From Octopus sinensis (Eukaryota), in assembly GCF_006345805.1 (NCBI RefSeq), contig NC_043012.1, forward strand, positions 39,804,001-39,868,000: DNA of 64,000 nucleotides. The letters are read 5' to 3'. Under the pieces are notes generated by a model. It was given only the letters and a program-made list of their open reading frames with translations. It ran no database searches and was not told where the DNA came from. The stretch's first letter is position 1, and each line of letters starts with the position of its first letter. Both the position numbers and the translations under genes were made by a program. This document shows positions 38,100-50,458 of this stretch, piece by piece.

Positions 38100-38990
38100 A
38101 CTGGTGTCTATGTTTTTACGTTTTTCATAATTGATATGGTACAATAATTCACTGTTAAACAGCATCTGCTTCAAATTTCCCTGCTACTGGGATCGAGGAG
38201 AAGATGTATATCTACTCAAGACGGTTTTAAATCATGTTGGTTTTTACATATAATGAGTATGAGAGTGTGCGCCAGATCATTTGAGGTACTTTTGAAGCTG
38301 GTATTTACTAAAACCATTATTTTAATATAAAACAGTTTTGGGAAATAAAAGATAAGTCAAAGATTATTCTACTAGACTTTTTTAAACCAGTGGGTTGAGG
38401 ACAAGGTTTAGTGTTGATAAAGGCTCTGTTGTTGATTGTTTATTATATTACGGTTGATATGTGTTTGTGCCTGAATTAAGGGCAACATAAATTCACAATC
38501 CTTAAGCCGTTGATTATGATTATCGATTAGAACGAAGTAAAACTCACTTTTTACAAGTTTCTTTTGTAAAGAGTCGGCACTTTGACAAAAATCTATTGAA
38601 ATTCCGGAAACCCGTTTCACTCCGAGTAGGAAGAATAAACCTGCTCAGGATTTGCAATCTGGATGCCCCGCCCCACTACCAATATAACAAGGCCATTTAC
38701 TGAATTTATAAGCACTATATACATAAACACATTTCGTACCTCCCATGCTGCTTCTATATCGGTTATATATGCCTGCCACGAACACAACCACTTGGTCTTT
38801 CCTTATGGATCTGCTTTCCGAGAAACTAATAAACTTATTTGATGTTTCATTTGTAAAAGTAACATTGTATTAAATCGGCCATTAAATTGGGCATTCACAC
38901 CATTTATTTCTTAAACAATATGAGTAAACACTGGACAGGGTTAAAAATAAAGCTTTTGCAAAGATTAACATTCTCTCATAAACCGTAGAC
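38100..38990 (-). mobile_element. L1/Tx1-like LINE reverse-transcriptase remnant, heavily decayed
   Basis: Frame-hopping motifs occur in the expected order: (W)RPI.L.N, KQIHK.DQSG..RGRHI, ISIDF..ADSL, KNNGFS. These correspond to the recalled WRPISLLNxDYK / LIHxDQSGFxxGR / LDFEKAFD / NNG series. Confidence 0.5.
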
Positions 38991-39079
38991 CATTCAAAGA
39001 AAGGAGCCATGTTATCTCCCTACTGAAACGTGTATAGTCGTGTACCTACCGCAGTATTAAGCTGGGCCTTTTCGATATA

Positions 39080-39300
39080 CAGGGTGTCCAGTATGATCTT
39101 TGCAATTTGAAAAATTTAGAAAAAAGTGACAAATGAGGATAACTCAGCAGAGTTTATTGGAAGACATAGATAAAAATATATAAAGTTTTATGGGGAACTT
39201 CAGAACTCTTCCATATGGGTTCCATTGGTTGCTCGCAACACAACTATTCAATGTCTTGTAAAAGCTGTAAAGATAATTTATAGACATTCTGTATATCATG
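39080..39300 (-). mobile_element. One-ended mariner/Tc-like fragment
   Basis: TA|CAGGGTGTCC terminus; the opposite TIR was not found. Confidence 0.45.
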
Positions 39301-39389
39301 TCTATCGCTGCAATAGGTGTGTGAGTTTGAGAGGAGCATAATTATCTGATCCTCCTCTGTTTTCTTTTACCCAAAGCCAGGAACTTTTT

Positions 39390-39698
39390 AGCCCTTGTTT
39401 CAGTAACTGTGGCCGCATTTAGTCGCAGAAATTGACCCCAGAACTTACTCTTTGTAAGCACACCAACATCGGTTGTCAAGCGATAGCGGGGTAAACAAAC
39501 GCACGCACACACACGCACACACACGCACACACACACAGACACACAAATATACTTACATATATATATATATATATACACACGACGCGCTTCTTTCAGTTTC
39601 CGTCTACTATATCCACTCACAAGGCTTTGGTCGGCCCGAGCCTATAGCAGAAGACACTTGCCCACGGTGCCACGCAGTAGGACTGAACCCCGGAACCA
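39390..39698 (-). mobile_element. SINE family A, 5'-truncated and internally deleted
   Basis: ttctttcagtttccgtctactatatccactcacaaggctttggtcggcccgag. Confidence 0.8.
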
Positions 39699-40599
39699 GA
39701 GAGAGAGCTAAATCGGTCTATGTTCTTACTCGCAATTTCACTTTTTGGTCCACGAACGATTTTAATAGATTCCTTCGCGTTATTGAAATCTGTACAACGG
39801 AGACGTTATCATTGCAGTAAGATATATGTGTGTGTGTGTGTGTGTGTGTGTATAAAAATACGTGTATATGTGTATATATGCAAGCATATGTGTATATTTG
39901 GAATGCATGTATTTGTATTGGTGCCACGTTAGAAATAACGGAGGAAAAATGTAAAGTAGCAGTGCCGTAAAATATTGACTTGGTTTGTCGACTGAAGCCA
40001 GCAGACACTCATACAAACTAACGCACACCCCTACAGACATGTACCAACGCCATGTGTGCGTGTGTGTGTGTTCTGACGTTACTGTCTTCGTGACCGTCGC
40101 CAACATTTTCATCCCATAGTAATCATGATTATCGTACACAGCAGCACAGCACCAACACCACCATGACCACCACCAATATCGGCAGCAGCAACCTCGTCTT
40201 TTATCGAAAGTTCTTTTTCAGTTTTGCCTAAATGTCAACTCTTCTTCTATTTCGGGCTGAGAAATTGGTCGGAATACAAAACTGATTGTTTTTATTTCTA
40301 TAAATAACTTCCAGACAAACTGGAGATTTTTATAAATGGGCCTCACTCTATGCATACAGAAGTGTGTGCAAGTATGTATAGAGGTGTAATTGTATGCATA
40401 TATATGTGCACATAGGCGTACTTGAGTGTGTATATACCTACGCATTATATTAGCGTGTGTGTGTAGGTATATTTATGTGTGTATATATGTGGTTATGTAG
40501 CATATCAGTGTGTATGTGCATGTATTTGTATTACAATATATGAAAGGTTAGTAGAATTCTTAGACGGAAATATGTACATGAATGCTTGTGAGCAAAGTC

Positions 40600-40663
<64 letters not shown>

Positions 40664-40667
<4 letters not shown>

Positions 40668-40925
40668 CGTGATCAACCAGGCTATCAAATGTTGTTAACA
40701 TCGCTGGTCACAATGCGCTTCGCATTGTCTTAGCCTTCAAATGACGCCACCCCGCTGGCTAAGTGAGCAGGCCAACAGAAGAAAGAGTGAGAGAAAGTTG
40801 TGGCGAAAGAGTTCAGCAGGGACCGCCACCACTCGTGGAGCTTTAGATGTTTTCGCTGGGAAACGAAACCGCGATCCTACGACCGCGTGTCCGCTGCCCT
40901 AATCATTGGGCCATTGTGCCTCCAC
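40664..40925 (-). mobile_element. SINE family D (family B head, different 3' tail), inserted in (TA)n
   Basis: The head equals family B; the tail ..TGTGACCAGCGATG..GATAGCCTGGTTGATCACGGTGA(TA)n is unrelated to the B tail. Internal deletions are present. Confidence 0.85.
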
Positions 40926-40944
40926 ATATATATATATATATATA

Positions 40945-41435
40945 TATTCTTTTATTCTTTTACTTGTTTCAGTCATTTGACTGTGGCCATGCTGGAGCAC
41001 CGCCTTTAGTCGAGCAAATTGACTCCAGGACTTATTCTTTGTAAGCCTAGTACATTATTCTATCGCCCGCTTTTGTCGAACCGCTAAGTTACGGGGACGT
41101 TAACATATCAACATCGGTTGTCAAGCGATGTTGGCAGGAGAGCTGGCAGAAACGTTAGTAGGCCGGGCGAAATGCGTAGCCGTATTTCGTCTGCCGTTAC
41201 GTTCTGAGTTCAAATTCCGCCGAGGTCGACTTTGCCTTTCATCCTTTCGGGGTCGATTAAATAAGTACCAGTTACGCACTGGGGTCGATATAATAGACTT
41301 AATCCGTTTATCCTCTCTGTGTTTAGTCCCTTGTGGGTAGTAAAGAAATTGATGTTAGCAGGAGAACAAAGACAGACGAACAAACATATACACACACACA
41401 CACATATATTCATATATGTATATATATATATATAG

Positions 41436-41467
<32 letters not shown>

Positions 41468-41650
41468 TATATACATATATATATATTCACGACGGGCTTC
41501 TTTCGATTTCCGTCTACCAAATCCATTTACGAGGCTTTGGTTCGCCCGAGGCTATAGTAGAAGACAGTTGCCCAAGGTGCCACGTAGTGGGACTAAACCC
41601 GGAACCATGTGGTTGGTAAGACACCTACTTACCACACAGCTATTCCTGTG
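40945..41650 (-). mobile_element. SINE family A, host of a nested family C insertion
   Basis: Tail at 40945-41141 and head at 41366-41650 join into one family A copy once 41142-41350 and one TSD copy are removed. Confidence 0.85.
41142..41350 (+). mobile_element. SINE family C variant with its own tail, nested in SINE A; 15-bp TSD with one mismatch
   Basis: GATGTTGGCAGGAGA (41127-41141) and GATGTTAGCAGGAGA (41351-41365). Near-consensus body gaggtcgactttgcctttcatcctttcggggtcgat. Confidence 0.85.
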
Positions 41651-41676
41651 CCTATTATACATATATGTCCTACCCT

Positions 41677-41723
<47 letters not shown>

Positions 41724-42009
41724 TATGCATTTGTTTGTGTGTATACATGTATGTATTCATGTGTGTGTGCGTGTGTGAATTTTTATATATGTGGATATGT
41801 GGCTATATAGGCCAGTATGTAAATGAGTATGCGTGTATATATATATCTATGTACGTTGTGTATACCCTGGTAAGCATGTTTTTACATACGTATATATATG
41901 CGTGTACATTCATGTGTATGTATATGTTTGTATATAGTTATATATGTACGTATGTATCTCTGAAAGTGTGTGTGTGTGTGTGTGTGGTGTGTGTGTGTGT
42001 GTGCGTCTG

Positions 42010-42300
42010 TGCAAGGATTGGCGTGGTTGGTAGGAATATCACTAAAAGAGCACATTCAAAATGGGAAAATTGAAGACTGGAGCAGAGTTAATGATGTGAT
42101 CGCAGAGATGCGCTGTGTGGGACAGGTTGCAAGGTTCACAGACATTGGGTGGACCCTTTCAGTTGCCGAGTGGTATTCAAGATATCGGAAAAGGCCACTT
42201 GGATCGCCTCCACGACGATGAGAAGACGATTTTATTAAGTACGGAAAAGATGGTGCAATCAAGACAAAATTGGAAACGCATTGTGATCAGCGGCGTGTAA
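42010..42300 (+). mobile_element. RTE-clade LINE 3' end
   Basis: ORF 41970-42221 reads VGISLKEHIQN..MRCVGQVARFTDIGWT..EWYSRYRKRPLGSPPRR, matching the RTE WAGHVAR..DxRWT..EWxPR..KRPxGRPPxRW motif. Confidence 0.82.
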
Positions 42301-42376
42301 CGTTATCTGAAGGCCTGGCCAATACTGTGACACTGTGATATCAAAACATACATCTGTCTGCACGCTTGGGTATATG

Positions 42377-43013
42377 CAGGGTTCGGCAGAATTAACGCCC
42401 TTTTTTATTTAGTAATTTTTATAGTACAAAAGTTGTTTTATTTATTGATTTTTATTAAGGTTGATTCGACCATTTATTGATTCTTCTAATACAAAAGTTA
42501 ATTCGAGAAGTTACAGAAACGAAAAAGAAGATACAATTAAACGAACATAAGTTGCAGTAGTTTTAAGAAATTTATAAAGTATTGCCCCATCAAAACAATG
42601 TAATTCATTAAGATAATAAGTTTAATTAAAATGTGCAAAAGCCTCTCCTTCGTTTTTTGTACAATGCTAACGCCTTCCAGCAACACTTCTACAAAACTTT
42701 TCACACATTTCCACGTTAATCGGAGAAAGTTTATCAGAAATTGCTTGTTTTAATTCAGGAATCGTTTTCGGTTTCAGGGAATAAACACAATTCTCCAACG
42801 CACACTGCAAGAAAAAAATCAGGTGGTGTTAGGTCTGGTAATTGTGATGGTCACTCAATTACTCCACATCGCCCTATACACCTCCCATCAAAGTTAAGAT
42901 TGAAGTATTCCCGAGCGTTGAGGCCATAGTGAGTTGGTGCACCTTTCTTTTGCAAGTAGAAAACTATAAAAAGAAATACAAATAAGAAAGAGCGTTATTT
43001 CCGCCGCACCCTG
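42377..43013 (-). mobile_element. Internally deleted mariner/Tc1-superfamily element with both TIRs
   Basis: ~35-bp TIRs CAGGGT(G/T)CGGC(A/G)GAA(T/A)TAACGC(C/T)CTTT with TA on the right (TG on the left). The minus strand keeps GAPTHY..REYFN..GRCIGR.G.IE.PSQLPDLTPPDFF, the C-terminal third of the transposase. Confidence 0.82.
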
Positions 43014-43880
43014 TATATTTGTTACATGCTAAACTTCTGGAATATTTTAACTAGAAACTAAATTTCATAGCTGGCCCCCCCACTTCTGGTTTTGCGAAGC
43101 CCACCTTCACAAGATTGATGCTGAGGTCATGGATTATATAACCAAATCTCTTAATAGTTATATGTATAAATATAAATCTACCCCAGGGTCCATAACTGCA
43201 GATTTCTCTTTCGTTTGGAATAGATGTTTTTATCTGACTGATTTCCCACAATGATATATTCTTGTGAGTGCCTCTACGTGACGGCTTGACCTTTTAGAAA
43301 TAGCAGCCATATATCCCCCCAAATCACACATTCCAGCTTTGAAAAGTGAAGAACACATTGGACTACATAGCCGTAAAAACTCATGATACACGAGTCAGAC
43401 AGGATGGCCATAGTGGATTGTCCTTAATCATAGGTCCGTTCTGCCAGGTATTAACAATAACAGCCAGCACAACTGATTTTCCTGGAGAGTGACATGATAC
43501 AATAATTAAAGATCCGAATTATTAGTTTGAAGATAAAAGGCAGCAGACATGGCCATTTTCAGAGTCTTCCAAGAGTGTTCGGAGGGAGGGGATTATCCTC
43601 AGATTGGAGACCCGGTCTTGAATATTTGCAATCCAATAAACTCTACCACACAAACACTAGTTCCAAGTGTTGGTGCTTCGCTGAGCAACATATTAAGGCT
43701 AATCTTCGACATGTGGAGCACAAATCGTTTCCTTTTAGTTCATGGTGCGGCTTTTCATTACAATTTAAGTGGCTACATTATGCGCAGTGTGTGTACTCTA
43801 GTCAAGTCGAGAAAGAATATTTCCTCCTTGATGTGTGTGTGTGTATATATATATGTATGTGTGTGTATATATGTATATAT

Positions 43881-43934
<54 letters not shown>

Positions 43935-44008
43935 AATATTAGGGAATAAATCCAAACTTACAGGGAAAAATCAGATTTAGGATTGAATCCAATTTTATAG
44001 TAAAATAT

Positions 44009-44263
44009 TATATTATATTAAATTAGAGACAAAACCACTATTAGGCAAATCAACAATGAAAAACTTAAGCCAATACATATGATTAATTTATATTATTTAA
44101 ATATATAACAAAATTATTAAAAAAATATAATTAATATCACTTATATTTTTTTAATAATTTTGTTATATATTTAAATAATATAAATTAATCATATGTATTG
44201 GCTTAAGTTTTTCATTGTTTGATTTGCCTAATAGTGGTTTTGTCTCTAATTTAATATAATATA
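44009..44263. repeat. Near-perfect long palindrome (122/123-bp arms, 10-nt spacer)
   Basis: Arms 44009-44130 and 44141-44263 are reverse complements with a single 1-nt indel; spacer TTAATATCAC. Confidence 0.95.
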
Positions 44264-45113
44264 TATATATATATATATACATAAGATCCACAAAGAACAC
44301 AACTTATCTGCAGCTCTTGGTGGTCCAGATCGAAGTGCAACAATCTGTGTGGGCGTCTTTTCAGAACATCGTCTGGTTTAAAAAGCCACATCAAATGGCA
44401 TGATGGTGCTAAAGTATAAGTACATGAGGTGGTCAAACTCTGCATAAGGAGTAGACAACCACCATATATCTATATATATATATATGTGCATATATACATG
44501 TATCTATGTGTATGTGTTTATATAAACAATAAATTAAATAGATAGATTCAATTGACAATCCAATAATTTATTAATATTATAATAAACATAATATACTAAG
44601 AATATTATATAATATAAGATAACATTAAATAATTCTTTAAAAACCCAAAAGAGCCAGGAATTTGTTTCGAATTATATATATCATTTGATCTATAAACAAT
44701 TCAATCCATTTATATAAGTCACATCAGAGCTGTGGTTGAAAGACCGGCGAAATTCCGTGTGATTTACACACCTCTTAGGCGTCAAAGAACAAGAAATTTC
44801 GCCTTTGTCGAATTTGTCGCTGAAATTTCTGCAATTTTTGCTGGGAGCCATTTCGAAAAGATACGTTGCTTCATTCAATGCGCAGTACATTATTCCCGGA
44901 CAACAAAAATTGGTTGAATGGCCACAGCTTGAACTTCTTGTTCATGAGTCTACTCAGTCTAGAATGACTTGGGGCTAAACAATAAGCAACAACTTCATTT
45001 AGATGTCAATGAGAATGTTACATCTATTATTAAGTACCATTCCAGTAGCGAAAGAAAGAAAACAAACTTTTGACCGTATACACACTTCGTATGGCACACA
45101 CATATATATATAA

Positions 45114-45157
<44 letters not shown>

Positions 45158-45237
45158 ATACAACACACGTATATATTACGGATATAGATATATACACGTA
45201 TATATATATTTATATATACGTTATATATCTATATCCG

Positions 45238-45287
<50 letters not shown>

Positions 45288-45453
45288 TATATGTATATAT
45301 CTATATACGTATATATATATATATATATATCTATATACGTATATATATATAGATATATATCTATATACGTATATATATATATATATAGATAATACTAAGC
45401 AATTAAGGGTTTAGCAACGAAATAGATAGATAGATAGATCTATATACGTATAT

Positions 45454-45507
<54 letters not shown>

Positions 45508-45509
45508 AA

Positions 45510-46020
45510 ATAGAAAGATGAATAATCTTGTTGCAGATTAATCAAAAGTCTAACCGATACCTTGGTAGCAAAAATCACAGCAGAAGACAGCACGGTTGGA
45601 GGTACAACCATATGGTGTTGCAACCGTGCGTTGGTGCGGATAATTGAATTTTAATATTATTAGTGATTGAAGAAATGGAGCTGAACGAAGATTGAACAGA
45701 AATCGTTTTATTTCATTCTACACGTGTTTCGAAAGGCACAACTTACCAAATTCGATGAATAATGAGACCATATTGTGTCTTTCTCTTCAGGAAGAAATAG
45801 GAAATCCGTTGAAAAAACAAAAACAGAACAGAGGCGGAGCAAAACAAATCGAACTAGGCTCCTAAGGCCATGGCCAAACTGTTTATCAGTGTATGCTGAA
45901 ACTGGGTGGTGGGTGCGTTGAAGATTTTAACGGGTCAGGCAGCGGTCATTTCGGTGGGTGAGGGCACGGGGTGTGTAGATGTTCTTTGTGACCGAGAGTA
46001 AAGTTCTGACTATTTAAAGA
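45510..46020 (-). mobile_element. Probable Penelope-like terminal-repeat (pLTR) fragment
   Basis: It contains a hammerhead followed directly by AATAAA on the minus strand, the typical PLE 3' arrangement. Boundaries are approximate. Confidence 0.5.
45711..45797 (-). ncRNA. Type I hammerhead ribozyme motif with intact core
   Basis: UUUCUUC-CUGAAGA-GAAAGACACAA..UUGUGCCUUUC-GAAA-CACGUG-UA-GAAUGAAA. Stem II has 11 bp with one mismatch, stem III is the palindrome ACACGUGU, the cleavage triplet is GUA, and stem I has 7 bp with a 1-nt bulge. Confidence 0.72.
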
Positions 46021-46336
46021 ATATTAGATGTATTATATGGGGCGACACAAAAACTACTTAGAGACATGTGTGTGTTTACTGTTCTATATATGTGTACGGG
46101 CGCAAGTTGGCAAGAAGCGCTACATTCTGGTCACTGCCGAGAAATCCGTCAAGGGTAGAAAACATTTTATGTGTACGTGTGTGCGTTTGATCGCGCGGCT
46201 GTCAGTTGGTAAACAGCTCTACACAATGGTCACTGCTGTAAGATCCGTCGGGCGGCAGAAAATATTTTATGTGTGCGTGTGTTCGTCTAATCATGCCTGT
46301 CAAAGAAACCCCCCGTCGTCAAAAACCAAAACCCCA

Positions 46337-46385
<49 letters not shown>

Positions 46386-46450
46386 TATATATATATATTT
46401 ATATATATTAGATATACGTATATATATATATATATATATATATTATACGT

Positions 46451-46509
<59 letters not shown>

Positions 46510-47269
46510 TAATAGACGAAACCGGAGTTAACTTGGGGCCACCAACAACAGCAACACCATGTACTCTAATGACGTGACCACCTGCGAATTCACATCGACA
46601 CACAAACAGACAAGGGACACTGTGAAGTTATATCAGGCTTAATCCGTACAGAATAGTAATTCATCTACAATATTTTCATCATTGTTTGCAATGATTGCGA
46701 AGCTAGCGCTGCCAAAATAGATTCGAAGGAAAGCTGGTTGAAACCATCTGAATTAGTTCCAAAGAATATTATATCTCGACTCCCTATAGAGCGTAATATA
46801 CAATGAAATCTCCACAGACACACACAACACACACACACACACACACACACATATGTATGTATATATATATATATACATAAATAGACACATACGCAGACAC
46901 GACTACAGAAGCACACCCCTCTCTTACTCCAACACACAACCAATGATGTTACAATTTCTTTGTCTTTCACGCGTGAAATTCATAAAAAGAAACCAGTTAA
47001 ACAGAAAGATCAGAGTGAAAGTTTCAAAGACGAACTCATAAGCGAAATATTATTGCTTTTGGGATATTAAATCATGTTTGAGGTGAAGTTAATCCGATAA
47101 ATAATTACCTTTATTTACTAATGTAGTAATGTTGGTGGTGTAAAGACTCGGGAGATATTATTTTCGATTATGAAGAAGAAAAACACACACATCTACATAT
47201 ACTCAGAAACACACAGACAAACACATACACTGATACACATCCACACATACATATATTTCTACGTGAATG

Positions 47270-47315
<46 letters not shown>

Positions 47316-47763
47316 TATTGCTACGCTTTTGCACGCACAATGTGTGAGAGTTATATATAGTATTAGAAATATAATAATATATATATATATATGTAAATGT
47401 ATGTGATGTGTGTGTGTGTATATATATACACATACACAAACTCACAAACGCACACACAAGGCGAGTGAGATAAAAAAAAAGCATACATACACATATATAT
47501 TCATATACTACTTCGACATACATATTCAAAATACATATACTAATATATATTAAATATGCATATATACAAGACACATACACGTGTATGGTGTGTACATAAT
47601 ATATATACAATGGCAGTCATAATACTAGGATACACAAACACACATATACACGCACGCGTATCTCTATATATTTATGCGTGTGTGTATATATATATATGTA
47701 TATATATAGCATATATATATGTGTATATATGTGTATATATATGTGAGTATATATGTATGTGTG

Positions 47764-47869
<106 letters not shown>

Positions 47870-48080
47870 ATTATATACTAATAAATACTAAATTTGAGCC
47901 AGACACGAGTTATTATATTCGGAGATGAAAATGTTGAGAATTATGAATCTTGGATTAAGAAATCTATTTGTTTCTTTGGTCTTGAATAAAATCCTCATAC
48001 ATAAGAAAATGTATGTGTTGTATGCCTCAACACACACACACAGACACACACACACACCACACCACACAACACACCACCAC

Positions 48081-48134
<54 letters not shown>

Positions 48135-48194
48135 AATTATTCAGTACAGACAGTATACGGAAGTTTGTATCTAGAAATAGGAGAAACATATTTC

Positions 48195-48241
<47 letters not shown>

Positions 48242-48520
48242 TGTATGTATACATACACATACATACAGGCACATATACACTTAATCTGCCATCTATGAGT
48301 TGCTGTGGCTGTGTGTACGTATTGCTATATGTATTTGTCGGAGATATTGTTGATGTTCTTGCTGTTGTTTTTTCCTGTTTCTGTCTACCGAAGTGTTTGT
48401 CATCTTCTTCGTCGTTGCTGTCTTTGTGTAGAAATCCTCGGAACTGCGCTGTATGCCACACAATTCACAAACACGTGCAGGAATGCTTGTGTTTTTGTTT
48501 GTATGTATGTATATAAACAC

Positions 48521-48570
<50 letters not shown>

Positions 48571-48939
48571 TGTGAAAGACGTGATTGATTGCAGAATTAT
48601 TCAATAGTCAGACATTTATAGCTCCCGCCCGCTGCCATATTGTTGTAGATGTATTTATTGTCAGCCATGTTGTCGTACGATAAGAACATTTCGAAACTAT
48701 GGCCATCTCGTTTTTCAAAGATTCTAGCGAGATGTTTAACGGAGATTGATTCCTACGCTACTTTTGGCAGGTCGAATTACTTTCCTTAGAAGACCTTCTG
48801 CCATAAATATTGTATAGATATATATTTAATTGGTAAAGGAATTTAGGCGGGAAGAATAGAAATTCCTTTATGCTTCCTGCTTTGATTATTTTTTAAGTAC
48901 ATTTCTATGCGTGTTTATGTTTATGCGCACTTATATATT

Positions 48940-48970
<31 letters not shown>

Positions 48971-48975
48971 TGTTG

Positions 48976-49026
<51 letters not shown>

Positions 49027-50099
49027 TAGAGAGAGAGTTTATTTGTCCTCTCTGGAAGGATTTGCTTTGGTTTAGATGTTCCTACCTGAGAAGTTTTGAG
49101 AAACAACCCACTTTGAGATGTTTTTATGCCGATGCAACATAAATATTTGATTTATCGTAGTGATATTAATGTTCGCGTCTGTTTTTACTATGACTACACT
49201 TTATTCGCGCCGCTTATTGTTATTGTTGTGATTTTATCTACGAGGCGAGTAATACGCAGAGTATTACTCTTGGCTCTTCATTCATGTCACGCGGTGTCAA
49301 TTTTGTCTTTCGCTTGGATAAATGGCTTAGAGAAAGGAAACTTGCATGCATGGGTAACTCCTGGGTCCCCACAAGTCGAATTTTATCCAGGTTCTTGGCT
49401 GGGGTAAGTTTCCTTACTGTGGAAGTTTGGTCTAACGAGACTGACGAAGGAACAAAGTATTTTAATTAATGTTTATCTTCAGATGGAGAAAAGACCATTT
49501 ACCTCTCCTTTGAATATCTTCAGCCGATTTTAATTATTCAATTATGTCCACTCTGACATTATCTTTTTCCTCTTCAATAATGCAAACTTTAGAATATTTT
49601 ACCTTAAATCTTTCTCTATTTCATTAGATTCAGATCTTTATGGGTTTATTTTATTTTGTATTTGTTAATATTCACTTGGAATATTGAAGTATTATTTTGT
49701 TGCGTTTTTATAATAAATCACTCTACCTAATTAATATAATCAATATCGTTTATATAATTTTAATTATTTACTTTTATGTTTTCTCTTGTTATAATTCTAT
49801 GTTACGGTACGATTAATTATTCCCTAAGCACATCAAACTCAAAGCAATCGTTCTCCTTTTACCTTTGGACAGCCTGACATAGTTTTTATTGGCATTGTTT
49901 ATCAGATTTTGTTTTGAATACAGTTTCTCTAATGACCTAAACATTAGCAGTTTAAAGTCAGCTATCACTCATGTATATGGGTGGCTGCTGATTCTAAACT
50001 ATTTGGTAGTATACACCATGCTTTCGTTACGTGTTATAGATAACTGTATAGTTATGAGTAGACATTGATGTCTCGTGTCTTTCGCACTTTCATCGAGTA

Positions 50100-50260
50100 G
50101 CACATTCAGGATGATACAGCTGAAGATAGAGAGAGGGGGGAATGCAACAGTACTCGACTGGTCCTCACCTCCAGCTGAGAAGGCTGGACTAACATGAAAT
50201 GAGGTGTCTTACTCAAGTAAGCAACGTGCTGCACGCTCCAGGAAGGTAACCCAACTATAA
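50100..50260 (-). mobile_element. Old CORE-like SINE fragment
   Basis: Minus strand: cttgagtaagacacctcatttcatgttagtccagccttctcagctg, a CORE-like block. Confidence 0.4.
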
Positions 50261-50266
50261 TCATAT

Positions 50267-50458
50267 AGTCGATCTGACCAGTAACCGTACAGTCGATCTG
50301 ACCAGTAACCGTATAGTCGATCTGACCAGTAACCGTATAGTCGATCTGACCAGTAACCGTACAGTCGACCTGACCAGTAATCGTACAGTCGATCTGACCA
50401 GTAACCGTACAGTCGATCTGACCAGTAACCGTATAGTCGATCTGACCAGTAAGCATAG
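50267..50458. repeat. 24-bp minisatellite, 8 units (AGTCGATCTGACCAGTAACCGTAY)
   Basis: Units start at 50267, 50291, 50315, 50339, 50363, 50387, 50411 and 50435; they are head-to-tail with no spacers. Confidence 0.95.

Noticed and set aside
50267-50458. CRISPR-like regular repeat
   Set aside because: The units are contiguous with no unique spacers, the context is eukaryotic and there are no cas genes. The same applies to 4945-5425.
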